From: Eledone cirrhosa
Lineage: Eukaryota
Length of the DNA stretch: 64,000 nt
Assembly (NCBI GenBank): GCA_964016885.1
Contig: OZ024743.1
Location: 102,238,001-102,302,000 of the forward strand
Reading direction: 5' to 3'
The position numbers and the translations under genes were made by a program. The notes beneath the pieces were generated by a model. It had not been told where the DNA came from. It ran no database searches and was given only the letters and a program-made list of their open reading frames with translations. Shown here one piece after another: positions 40,225-53,606 of this stretch. Numbering within the stretch: the first letter of the stretch is position 1; every line of letters begins with the position of its first letter.

Positions 40225-40474
40225 GTTGAGGAAAAGGAGGAGGAGAGGAAAGGAGTACAAGCTCTTCGTACTCCTGGAGATGAGGGTTGCACATTTTTTT
40301 CGGGGGTCTGTGTTACCCATATAAACTGTCTCCCTCTATTGGGGAAAATCGACTAACTTTTAAATTCCATCTGTGATAACATTTTACACGTTTTTATTGT
40401 ATGTAAACTTCCCCCTTTGTATTTGTCCCCTTCTTTTGTGCCCCTGTGGCTAATAAAGAAATATATCTATCTAT

Positions 40475-43400
40475 CAGACGTATGTAACTTCGCGGAGAAG
40501 TTTCCGTTAATTTATGTTAGAAAAAAACGTGAGTTTTCAGTTAAATTTTATATTATTGCGTAACTTGACCACCCGTCTCGACCTTCAGGTGGTGGGTCAA
40601 CTCATTTTCGCCCCTACAGAGGCGAAATATTCGTTTGAAAAATGTTTTCTCCATCGAATTTTGGAAAAAATATTGTAAAAGTTTGATTACGTTATGAACG
40701 CTCGCGTCCAACGATAATGGTGGTGGAGAGGCGGTAAGACTACAAAGCTCGCAGTCAACATCGTCTTTTTCACTAGATACTATAGAGATGGAAAGACGGA
40801 ATGAAAATGTAAAAACAAATTCATATCCAAACAACACAAATGACACCAAACAGTTCAATGACAACAAAAATAACAGCAACACCAATAATGATGATAAAAA
40901 CAACAATGATAACAACAACAAAGAAAAAAATAAAGACAACACCAATAACACCAGCATCAAAGACAACAACAACACCAAGGAAAATACGAATAATATCAAC
41001 ATCGGTGGCAACAAGAATAACAACAGCAATAACAACAATAATGACAACACCTCCAACACGGATACTTCCACAAAGGAACCAAAATCTCCTTTGCACAGAC
41101 AGTTCAGAAAAAAGAGGACTGATATATCTCGACATAACAAATGCCGAACAACTTTTAAAGGACGCTATGAGATATGTCACTTTCGAAAAAAATGTTGCTT
41201 TCGGCATCAATTCTCCGGTAGAAATTCGCAAGGAAACTGCTCTCAAAACGATAGTTTTTAGGACAGTTTCCAATTCTACCCGAAAACCAGCCAATTATCA
41301 CAGAAAGAAATTGAACTGCTTTTCAAAAATTCAATGAATGATATTGCATTCATTCAAAGAAGCAAACTTTTTGGGAGTATTTCGGTACTGATGAAGGATC
41401 AATTGACGGCCCAAAATTAGTCTGTGTCGCCAATTGTATCCAACCTGTACACCTTTTTCCCTACATACATGGAAAAAAGGACACAAAAGATAAAAATCAC
41501 GTGTGTCACACCAAAGGTGAACATATGGTGGATACTGTGCGGCTTGATCAATTCTGATGAAGACAGAATACTGTCAGTAGGAAAGTCCCAAGAGATGTAT
41601 TCAATGGGACTAGCATTGAAGTTCTGGTGCTAATGAGCACAGAGCGAATAGCTATGATCCCACAACGTGTACTCCTGGACGGATTCACCTACATAAACTT
41701 TTCGGTTGAGGGTAGGCGGCTTTCATGTTACCATTGCTTTAGCAGGGGTCACCTGAGGGCTTCCTGTCCTAAATTAATGAATAAAAAAAAGGCTCTTCTG
41801 CCGACACCCATCAAAACAACACAAGCACCAACACCACCACAACAACAACAACACCAACACACAAAAATAACCACAACAAACACAGTCCCACCCAACCCCA
41901 CTCCACCTAAAACCACTGCAAAATCACATACAGACACAACAGCTCCCCAAGACATACCCCTCCCCAATCACACAGACGATACAACAGATGAGGCTATCTC
42001 GCCATCACCCAGTGAAGACGAGGGAGAACCCCATCGCTCGAAAAGAAAGAAAAGATATCATAAAAGAAAAAAACCAGCAAACACTACCACAAACCTACAA
42101 CCACCAACACAAACAACAAAAACATCACAAACAAAACCCCCACCTCCTAAAAACAAAATACCTACAACAAAACGAAAGCACACACAAGAACTACAGACAA
42201 AAACAAACACAAGACAAGAAAATTACACTTACACTTACATAAACACTGAAAACAAAACACTAATGGAGAGCATCGCGAACGACCCTTCGGTGAAAACCGA
42301 AGGGAAAACTTTCGCCCACTCTATTAAAAATAGCAAAAAACTGAACCTAAAACTGATTAGAGTCCCTATACATACTTATAGGTCCCTAAAAGAAACATTT
42401 GAGAATGATGTGGGGAATTCCTGCGTGAAACCACTCAACCACGTCCTTCTCAAATGTCTCCCCACCCCAGACACCTTCATCCCACCAGACCCCACCCCAC
42501 CAAACATCTCCGTTCCCACCCCGCCGGAAACCACCACCCATCCAGACGACCCCTCCAACACCTCATGGAAATCGTGCGGCTTGATCCCCAGGAGACGAAG
42601 GGTGAGTGATCTCTTTTCCTCTTTTAACTTTTCAGCACCAACATGGCCAATATAAGAGTTGGATGTGTGAACGTACGCGGCCTGGGGGTGCCCTGGAAAC
42701 AGGGCAAACTCTTAAACGACCTCAAGTCGCACAGTATGGATGTGGTAGCCATTTGCGAGTCCAGGATCCACAGCGTGCGACAGCTGGCCCTCATCTTCGA
42801 TGACTTTGAGATCTACGCATCTCTCTGTCAACCGGGGGGTGGGGGCGGAGTTGCCGTTTTGCTGCCGAAACACCTGGGCCTCGTAACACAGACGGTACAT
42901 CTGGACCCGGAGGGTCGACTGGTGGTCCTAGACGTTGACGGTAGTTAAGGTGGAGCCTTCAGGCTGGTGGCCGCATATGCCCCATCCGGGACACCGCGGC
43001 CAGACTTTTTCAAACGTCTAGAGACGTTTCTGGGAACGTCCCGCTCCTTGCTTTTAGTGGGGGACTGGAATGGAATCCTAGATGCACGTTGGGACTATGT
43101 GGGAGCATGTCCCGATAAAGGGGGGGGGGGGGTGTAACAGCCTCAAACAGTTAATCGACCGATTTGACCTGGCCGATAGATATCGACTAGATTTTCCGAC
43201 TGCGCCACTGTAGACGTGGATTAATCGTAGCGGAACATCTAGATCGTACCTAGATAGGGTTCTAGTTAGAAATAAGGTGTCCACAAATGTTCATGGTTGC
43301 CTATTCAGATCACAAACTAGTGACCTGCATGGCCAACCTTGATAGAACCCATAGACAAGGACCCGGCTACTGGAAGATGAACTTGTCGTTACCGACAAGC

Positions 43401-45910
43401 AAAACCTACAGTAGACGGATTACCACTTTAGTTAAACAGCACTTTGGAGGGGCCATTGTCAACAACAGATGGTGGTACTCTCTCAAGAGAGCAGTTAGAT
43501 TAGACTCGATAGTTTTTAGTAAAGAATTAGCGTTAGATAGAAATAGAACCGAGAAGGAACTGGTAGATAAAGTAGAAGAGGCAATTAGAAGTGACAACGT
43601 AGCCAGCGTGCTAGCAACGAGAACGGCCTTGGACCAGTTCTTCGACGCAAAGCACGAGGGCTGCGTTGTCAGAAGCAAAATACGTGCTCTGGGAAACGAG
43701 GGAGCCAAAGCTGTTAGCTGGGCCCGAGTGACGGAGGCAAAAAGTGGCAACAAGTCCACGATTCGGTCTTTGAAGGACCAAAACGGACGCGTGATACGTG
43801 AGCCGAAGCAGGTGTGTGCGGCTTTTCAGTGGCACTTTGCTCAACTGTTCGGGAGGGGCGACGCGCCGGGAGAGGCTATGGATTTCGGTCCATACCTCAA
43901 CTGCCTACCGCGACTCTCGGACAGCGAGGTAAAGTTCTGCGAAAAGCCGATTTCACCCGCTAAGATAGGGGACGCGCTGAGCCAATGCGGCAAACGCAAA
44001 TCTCCAGGTCTCCACGGTCTACCCTACGAATTTTATGTAGCAATGCCGGACTTATTCTCCGGTCTCCTGGAAGTGGTCTACTGCAACTGGCAACAGCACG
44101 GGAGAATTCCCAGTTCTGTAACCGGGGGCGTGGTTACACTAATGAGGAAGGACGAGAATAAGGGGGATGACATAGGCAACTTCCGGCCCATAACTCTACT
44201 AAACACAGAGTTACAGATTTTGGCCAAGGTGTTGGCAAAGAGGCTGGCGCTTGTCGTCGATAACCTGGTGGGAGAAGCCCAGACATGCGCAATCCCGACC
44301 AGGTCCATACACGACAACCTCCACCTCATGCGATACATCATAGAGAGGGTAGGGTGTAAACCCGGCTTCGGTGGGGCCCTGGTCAACTTGGATCAGTCTA
44401 AGGTTCCGATAGGGTTGACCATCGTCACCTGGATGCGGTGCTCAAGGCGGCAGGCTTCGGACCTGTGTTCAGGGGCTGGATTGCTCCAATGCACAACAGC
44501 AACATCTGCTCAAGGGTCAAAGTGAACGGCTACCTCTCGGAGCCGTTCCATATTACGCGATCCATTCGACAGGGATGCCCTCTCTCCTCCCTTCTGTGCG
44601 TACTGACTCTCAAGCCACTACTGCGGAAGCTGAAGCTATTGCAGGGCATCCCTCTAGAACCGGGACTGCGGAAAGCGGCGTCGGCCTACGTCGACGACGT
44701 GACAGTAATGGTGTCGAGCGCCTCGCAAATCGAGGAAGTCCGCACCTTACTGAAGGAATACGAAAGTTTCACAGGAGCGAAGCTGAACCGGGACAAGTCC
44801 ATCGGTTTGCAACTCGGATCGTGGAGAGGCAAACTGATGCCTTTCGATGGCGTCGTCGGACGCTGGACGGAAGGACCGGTAAAGCTGCTCGGGGTCTGGT
44901 TTGGTCCGGACCTCCAGGTGGAGAAGAACTGGAACGAAGTGACGGTCAAGGTGTTTGCACTCACCCAGAAGTGGGCCGAGTGCAAACTATCCTTGAAAGG
45001 TCTAGCGGAGGTGGCGAACACTTTTATAGCGTCCGCCATCTACTACCGCTTGACCGTCGTGCCTTGTCCAGCCAAAACGCTCGCCAAAATGGAGCGCGCG
45101 CTCTTCCGATTCCTTTGGAAGAGGCGGGCTCCTTTGGTGAGAAGATCCATCTGCCAAAAGTCCCTGGCCTGGCAGTGCTACCGAGGAGCTCTACCAGTTC
45201 GAGACAAGCACTACAGACATGGGCGCCCGGGCAGGGACCCTGCAAAAAAGATCTGTCCGAGGTGCGTGCGAGACGAAGAAACCGTCGCGCACGCATTCAT
45301 ACAGTGCCCGGGCGTCACTGACCTGTGGGGCTGTGTAGAACGACTATTGTCGCGGGTGGGACCAATCCGGTTGACCACCGAGTCCACTGTCATGATCAAA
45401 CCGCCACCCACCTTCAAAAACGAAGGAGAGGCGGTTTTCCTTTGTGTGATAGTTATGGCGAAAGAGGTTGTATGGTGGACAAGGTTGAAAGGGCTGAGGT
45501 CAGACACCTTTCTCTCCGGCCAACAACTGATTCTATTTTTCAAATACCACTTTGGAAGAAGAATCAGGATGGAGAGAGAGGTGCTGTACCCCAGCAAGTT
45601 TTATGAAAGGTGGGTTAAAGTGGCGAGAATGGCCCGAGTGAATGGGCCTTCTCTCTATATCAGCCTGTAGGTTGAGGAAAAGAAGGAGGAGAGGAAAGGA
45701 GTACAAACTCTTCGTACTCCTGGAGATGAGGGTTGCACATATTTTCGGGGGTATGTGTTACCCATATGAACTGTCTCCCCCTATTGGGGAAAATCGACTA
45801 ACTTTTTAAATTGCATTTGTGATAACATTTTACACGTTTTGTATTGTATGTAAACTTCCCCCTTTGTATTTGTCCCCTTCTTTTGTGCTCCTGTGGCTAA
45901 TAAAGAAACA
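40475..45910 (+). mobile_element. Tx1-like LINE copy D, apparently full-length 5' end, decayed, with internal deletion
   Basis: Starts after TATC with AGACGTATG; about 310-bp 5' UTR; Asn-rich ORF1 from 40788 (frameshifted); ORF2 42643-45670 with stops, frameshifts and YVDD. Confidence 0.92.
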
Positions 45911-45932
45911 TATCTATTTATCTATCTATCTA

Positions 45933-47400
45933 TGGAGAGGCAAACCAATGCCTTCCGATGGCGTCGTCGGACGCTGGACGGAAGGACCGGTAAAGCTTCT
46001 CGGGGTCTGGTTTGGTCCGGACCTCCAGGTGGAGAAGAACTGGAACGAGGTGACGGCCAAGGTGTTTGCGCTCACCCAGAAGTGGGCCGAGTGTAAACTA
46101 TCCTTGAAAGGTCGAGCGGAAGTGGCGAACACTTTTATAGCGTCCGTCATCTACTACCGCGTGACCGTCGTGCCTTGTCCAGCTAAAACGCTCACCAAAA
46201 TGGAGCGCACGCTCCTCCAATTCCTCTGGAAGAAACGGGCTCCTTTGGTTAGAAGATCCATCTGCTGCCAACATCCTTCAAACGGAGGGCTGGGGATGCC
46301 GTGGATGACGATGCGCAAACACGCGCTCAGGCTGCGGCACCTCCACGTATTCCTAACCGGAAAACCGGTGTGGTTCGTGAGGCGAGCCTAGCTGACCGAG
46401 CTGCAGTCCTGGGTCAAGGAAAGACCGAGGAAAATGGGCGACTGCTTATCGACTGTGCTCAGGCGCTCACAGTCCTCTGGCAAACGGACCCGGCGATCAC
46501 TCGAGACTCCACTTCGACATTCTATAGAGGGTTGGTCCGAAGCAAGTGCGACGACGCGCTCGGAGAAACTCTAGGCGTAGAGGAGGACGAACTGGCCAGT
46601 CTGTTCGGTAGGACCTTCCGCCCGGGACCAATGGACAACTTCCAAAAGTCCCTGACCTGGCAGTGCTACCGAGGAGCTCTACCAGTTCGAGACAAGCTCT
46701 ACAGACACGGGCGGCCGGGCAGGGACGCTTCGAAAAAGATCTGTCCGAGATGCGTGCGGGACGAGGAAACCGTCGCGCACGCATTTGTACACTGCCCGGG
46801 CGTTGCCGACCTGTGGGGCTATGTGGAACGACTATTGTCGCGGGTGTGACCAATCCAGTTGAGCACCGAGTCCATTGTCATGATCAAACCGCCACCCTCC
46901 ATCAAAAATGAGGGAGAGGCGGTTTTCCTATGTGTTATGGCTATGGTGAAAGAGGTTATATGGTGGACGAGGTTAAAAGGGCTGAGGTCAGACACCTTTC
47001 TCTCCGGCGAGCAACTGATTCGTTTTTTCAAATATCATTTTGGAAGAGGAATCAGGATGGAGAGAGAGCTGCTCTACCCCAAGGTAGATGAATGTGGCAA
47101 AGATGGCCCGAGTGGTTGGGCCTTCTCTCTGTATAAGCCTGTCGGTTGAGGAAAAAGATGAAGAGAGGAAAGGAGTACTCACTCTTTGTGCTCCTGGAGT
47201 TGAGGATTGTACATTTTTTCGGGGGGTGTACAACCCCTCTGTAACGCCGCCCCCTATTGGGTATTTCAATTGTTATTTGTTATTTTATTAATAGTTTTAT
47301 TTTCATATACCTGTATGTAAACTCCCCATTTGTATTTGTCCTCTTCTTTTGTGCCCTTGTGGCTAATAAAGAAATCTATCTCTCTATCTATTTAATCTAT
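45933..47400 (+). mobile_element. Tx1-like LINE copy E (5'-truncated, most diverged)
   Basis: Homologous from about 38977 onward; more substitutions and indels; different 3' UTR variant ending AATAAAGAAATCTATC. Confidence 0.9.
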
Positions 47401-47839
47401 CCATCTATATCCATATACTCCAGACCGTGTCTGCATTTAGCTGTCGCAACAGCAAGTGTTCATCCGTCTGGTTTCCACTCCTAATATAGTCGCACACTAC
47501 TATCCCCAAATTTCCCTAATTGTATAAAGCGCCAAAGTGAATAAAAGACTGAAAATACGGGTGCGTGTGTCTGTCTGTTAGAAACTATGTAACAAGACGG
47601 GTGTAGCCTGATTCTGTTTTACTGTGAGGGCTGAGGCATTGTTTTGTAGGACATATTTGATTGTTACATGGTCTTATAAAAATCAATACGTATATTTGGC
47701 ATGATTTCATGTCTATAAACTAAAAATGTTTAACTTTATAAACACATTTACTCAGTTACAGTTAGTTCTATTCTGTATACATACAGATATAACTTTATTA
47801 TACACATCGGCTGCTTATCGCACAACTTAATGTATCTCT

Positions 47840-47880
47840 CTTTTTCTTTCTCTATCTCTCTCTCTCTTTTCACACACACG

Positions 47881-47938
<58 letters not shown>

Positions 47939-48041
47939 TGAAAGAGAGAAAGAGAATAAAGAGAAAGAGAGAGAGAAAGAGCGAGAGAGAGAGAGAAAGA
48001 GATATAGAGATAGATAGAAAGAGAGATAGAGAGAAATGGCA

Positions 48042-48074
<33 letters not shown>

Positions 48075-48274
48075 CAGAGAGAAAGAGAGACATAGAGAGA
48101 GAAAGATAGATAGGGAGAAAGAGAGACAGAGAAAGAGAAAGAGAGATAGAGAGAAAGAGAGCCAGAGAGGAAGAGAGACAGAAAAAGAGAAAGAGAGACA
48201 GAGAGAAAGAGAGACAGAAAGAAAGAGAGAAATAGAGAAAGAGAAAGAGAATCAGAGAGAAAGAGAGAGAGAGA

Positions 48275-48350
<76 letters not shown>
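47840..48350. repeat. Compound (CT)n-(TA)n-(GA)n low-complexity tract
   Basis: Direct reading. Confidence 0.9.
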
Positions 48351-48352
<2 letters not shown>

Positions 48353-48774
48353 ATTTTCAGTTAAATTCACGCGACATATTTAACAAAAAGAACGAAGGTA
48401 TTTGTTACGAATCAAGTTTTGATGTATATCTCGTTGATACCTAATGATACAAAAACACTGACCGTCAATTTATATATCAGAGAGCGGATGTATAGATAGC
48501 TAGTCTCAATTCTAAATTTCGCATCCAATTAAGATGGCCGCCGACATTGGAAGCAAAAATAAATAAAAATAAACAGAAAAAAAATGAATAAAATTACGAA
48601 TCAGAAACAGCTATTCTCGGAAATGTTTTCTAAAGATAATCAATGTTTTACGCAAGCATATCTCTTACTATTAGCACACTTCATCCCTCCATTATGTTTG
48701 TGTGTGTCTGTCTGCCTGTATATATATATATGTGTGAGTATACATGTATGTATGCATTTATTTACGTATAAATA

Positions 48775-48846
<72 letters not shown>

Positions 48847-48921
48847 TATATATGTGTATTTAAATATGTATATTTATACATATACACCATATAAAGTAGT
48901 ACAATCGTGCACACTGCCATT

Positions 48922-48962
<41 letters not shown>

Positions 48963-49642
48963 ATGTAGATAGATAGAAATGTATTTATAAAAGTGTGAGT
49001 GGCTGTTTGTTTGCGTGCCTATATATGAATATATATATATGGACAATATTGACTGTATCTGTGATAATTATTTTCTTTATTCAACTCAGTCTCTCAACTC
49101 ATATTGAAATTATATACATAGATTTAATCATCTTTTACATCAGTTCGGCTTCGGTAAGAAAATCTCTCTTTCAATTCAGTGACTAGGCAGTCGTAGTAGC
49201 TTAATCATATATATATTCATCAGAAAAATCAAAATGCGTGCTTTTCAGTATCTTCACCATATGAGAATCCGATTGATAACTTGAACATTTGCCCACTTCT
49301 TTCATAAATTACTCGTAGAGAAATAAAAGTTTTGACAACGATATTATTTTGCTGCCAAAGTGTATTCAGAATTGATTGGACTTCAAAACAATATTTGAAA
49401 AATATTTATATAATAATAAATATGGTGATGAGTTGGCAGAATCTGTTAAGCGTTGTACAATCTTATATTATTTTGTTTCGTACCGGCACTGTTGTGAGTT
49501 CAAATGTTACTAATATGGTTTTTGATCATTCCTTTTCTATCTTCAAAAGAAAATCCAATAAATTCCCTTTACTATAATAAGTTTCCTAAAAATATATCTG
49601 CATTTACAGATTTATAACCGTATTCCTAAACAAATATTCCTC

Positions 49643-49719
<77 letters not shown>

Positions 49720-50575
49720 TGTGTGAAACTATATCTATATATCTATATGCAAAAAAAAAAAGTATATATATATATCGAATATATATATATATATTTAAGA
49801 TTATGTATGTATAATGGATTTTTACATCAATTTATTCGGATATTTATCATTACAAATGTTTGAAAACACAGCATAGTCTTGAAGCCCTTTGAAATATTGG
49901 TAATGCACCATTCACGAATAAATTGATATAAATACCCATTATCCATACTTATTTTTTACTGTATTTACTCCGCTTGAACCACCGGATGAAATTTGGGATT
50001 CTTCAGGCAGTTGAGTACTTATATCGGAACACTTCGATATATATATATATATATATATATTTAAAAATTAAACAAGGTTCAATGAATAAATCAAAGAATG
50101 AGTTTTACAATAGATTGGAAGCACTCAACAGTTGGTTTTCCAGAGTTATTAATATTAATTCAAAATATTAACAAAATAGATATTCTTGTGATCAAGTTTA
50201 TTTTATTATACATATTTTAGAGGTACTGAGTTATGTTCAACAGTACGTCCTCATCAGATAAAATAAAATGATGCATGACATACCCTGACATGCTAGATGG
50301 TTAAGATTCAGTCATGGTAGTGAGTAATATATGACAAAGCTCAATATTTATACCTTAATATTGAGAACATCAGAAAAACATATAATACATACAATAGAGA
50401 GGGTGCGTGTAATACAGCTTAAAAAATACAGCTTCAAAAGTACATGGCATCAATATAACTGTTAAACAAATTTAAATTACTGAAGAAAGAAGAAAGAAAG
50501 GAAAGCATAGAGGAAGGAAGAGCTGATGGGATAATATAGTTAGTAGGTGCCTCGAAAGACAAAAGAGAGATGATT

Positions 50576-50650
<75 letters not shown>

Positions 50651-50911
50651 AAGAGGAATAATTTATGTTCAAGCTTATAGACAATTATCCATATATATAC
50701 AATATATATCTAAACTTATTTGGTTGACCGTTAATATTCAAAATATTTAATTTAAGTTAGTTCAGAGTAATGAATAATATTTTAGGTTTTAAAAGTTAAT
50801 AGGTATCTGTATTAATATTATAGTATACTATCAAGTTTAATTTCTAAATTCAAATTTTATGAAATCAAATTTAAAGGATTTACAAACACGAGAAAGAAAA
50901 TATAATGTTTT

Positions 50912-51178
50912 TAAAACCATATTTATTTTATTATATATATTTCTAGTGTACCAAGACAACATTGGTACGCTTTCATCATATAAAATACAAAGTTTGTTTC
51001 ATAAATAGAGACATACACATGAAAATCATACCTTATCGGTGAATTTCCAACCGATAACGTATGATTTTCATGGGTATGTCTCTATTTATGAAACAAACTT
51101 TGTATTTTATCTGATGAAAGCGTACCAATGTTGTCTTGGTACACTAGAAATATATATAATAAAATAAATATGGTTTTA
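50912..51178. repeat. 267-bp palindrome (129-bp arms, 9-nt loop) containing a hammerhead
   Basis: 50912-51040 is the reverse complement of 51050-51178 with a few mismatches. Confidence 0.92.
51103..51166 (+). ncRNA. Type I hammerhead ribozyme
   Basis: TATTTTAT-CTGATGA-A-AGCGTACCAA-tgttgtc-TTGGTACACT-A-GAAA-TATATA-TA-ATAAAATA; 8-bp stem I, 10-bp stem II with one mismatch, overlapping AATAAA. Confidence 0.75.
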
Positions 51179-51208
51179 TCAATATAGTTTCCATTTATTT
51201 AATATCAT

Positions 51209-51263
<55 letters not shown>

Positions 51264-51369
51264 AAGTATGACCCCGACAGCAGAGCTCAAGCCGTTTTCG
51301 ATATCCCAGTCGACTACTCTAAGTATTGAGTACTCTGGTGCTTTATGGTTCCTTACCACAACTCTTTTG

Positions 51370-51477
<108 letters not shown>

Positions 51478-51490
51478 ATATAGAAATGGA

Positions 51491-51535
51491 TTCTACAGGA
51501 ATAGAACTGTTTTATTCGGGAGAAATCATCAGGAA
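51491..51535 (-). ncRNA. Degenerate type I hammerhead (G12 to A)
   Basis: Minus strand: TTC-CTGATGA-TTTCTCCCGAAT-aAAA-CAG-ttctattc-CTG-TA-GAA. Confidence 0.45.
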
Positions 51536-52237
51536 GCCCGATATATATATATATATGAATTCATTCACCTGTGAATATAGCCATGGCCATGAGAAGTTGA
51601 TTTCATGAGACGTTGTCCAACGTCCATCTTCAGCCCACATCCATAATACCCTCTCGCTGGTGGTCATACATACTACTTCCCATATACTGAACTTTGTTTC
51701 TCCTATTTGCAGACACATTGAACCTCAAATACACAAGACATTGACAAGAAATGTTTCATCCGTAAAACATATTTTTTCCGAGGGGGATCTGTAAGGTTTC
51801 AATATATATCCCTGTATATATTTCATATATATAGGTGTGTTTACGTGTATACATATATATTTATTTTCATATATGTAAGCACCCTCATATGTGGATTTAA
51901 TTTTGTATATAGGTATGAATACGTTCGTGAGTATGTATGTATATTTCTGTACATGAGTAATTGTATGAATATGTATATTCTATCCACCACTTGATCCTGC
52001 TAGTCCCACCAACCTTTTCACTAAACCCCTATACACCCACCTTCACATTCATCCCCTTCAATCCCCTCCCCCTGACCAGTTAAAATTCTATGGCTATATC
52101 TACTCTTTCTTATTATTTGCATACTTAGTAGCTGTCTCGGCGGCCTAGTTGGAGGAATCATGACGGTGTTGATCCTGGTCTGAAGTTCGATCCTGGTCGG
52201 GAGTAGGGTTCTCGGTGAACCTTTTCAGTTTTTAAAT

Positions 52238-52762
52238 GGCGGTGGATTGGCAGTATCGGTAGACGCCATGCTTTGCAGCGAATAGTTATGGCCCATTATG
52301 GTCTGAGTTCAAATCCCGCCGACGTTAACTTTGCCTTTCATTCTTACGGGGTCGATAAAATAAAGTACCAGTCACGCTCTGGGGTTATTTAATCAATTTT
52401 CCCTATCCCCAAATTACTGACCTTGTACCTGTAGTACAAATCATTATTATTATATGCATTGGTAGAGGGTCGGACGCCATGCTTTGACGCATAGATTTAC
52501 GGCCCTAGCCATTCTGAGTTCAAAATAAAGTACCAGTCACGCATAGAGTTACGGCCATTGCCATTCTCAGTTCAAATCCCGCCGAGGTTAACTTTGCCTT
52601 TCATCCTTACGGGGTCGATAAAATAAAGTACCAGTAACGCACTGGGTAATTATTGGCCTTGTGCCAAAAAGTAGAAACAATTATTATTATATGCATAGGA
52701 TTGGCAGTATGAGTAGAGGGTCTGACGCCATGCTTTGCAGCAAAAAGTAGAAATAATTATTA
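52238..52762 (+). mobile_element. Cluster of main-family SINE copies and fragments
   Basis: Four overlapping or tandem segments with A-box, B-box, core and tail. Confidence 0.85.
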
Positions 52763-53223
52763 TATGTATATTCAGTTTTTCCTATTACAATAATCACAAC
52801 CTTAATTTTATAATAAACTTATACATATAGATGAATTATTGCTAATATATTTTTTCATTGTAAAAGTATATTCAAAATATTCAAATTATATTTCGCTCGT
52901 CTTTTTAAACATAACCACATTATCGTTAATATTTAAATCAAAATATAGAAGCGTAATACTTTTTCTCGTATCAACTCTCCATTAATCATGACCAGATACA
53001 GATGAATTGGAAATCCAATTGATAATAATTTTAGGGTCAAGCGTTCCTTACAAAAGCTTGAACTCCTGCCCAAAATGTTATATATATATATGTGTGTGTC
53101 AGTGTGTGTATATGTGTGTATACATGTATGTATGTGCGTGTGGATATACGTGGATCAGCTTAATGTGAACTTAAATAAATCTACATAAATCCAATCCATT
53201 GTATATATATCTATATATATTAT

Positions 53224-53445
53224 ATTCAATAAATATAATCTGAGCTTTTCGAATATTAATAATAACATTCAATTCGTTTGCAATTAAACAAACAAGCCTC
53301 ATTTTTAAAGCCATGTCAGTAGAATGAGCAAGAATGAAGGGTTGATTCTACTGACACGGCTTTAAAAATGAGGCTTGTTTGTTTAATTGCAAACGAATTA
53401 AATGTTATTATTAATATTCGAAAGCTCAGATGACTTTTATTGAAT
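53224..53445. repeat. Palindrome with about 100-bp arms and 19-nt loop
   Basis: 53224-53325 is the reverse complement of 53345-53445; arms read CGAAAGCTCAGA outward. Confidence 0.9.
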
Positions 53446-53606
53446 TCAGCAATGAAGAGCGAAATCTTTTTTTTTTTTTTTTTTTTATTCTACATTCCTT
53501 TTCTAAACTCAATTTGAGATGTAAATAATATAAATTTGAAGAGATAATTCAGTTTTTGTTGGATGGAATTTTTCATAAAATGCTAATTTTTAAAACTATA
53601 TTTGAA

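Larger units (their letters stand above)
35324..40465 (+). mobile_element. Tx1/L1-clade LINE copy C (truncated within ORF1)
   Basis: ORF1 with zinc knuckle, ORF2 with APE-RT-CCHC, 3' UTR ending AATAAAGAAAT(ATCT)n. Confidence 0.93.

Noticed and set aside
40553-41294. Long hydrophobic antisense ORFs in the LINE 5' region
   Set aside because: Complement of the Asn-rich (AAC/AAT) low-complexity ORF1 segment.
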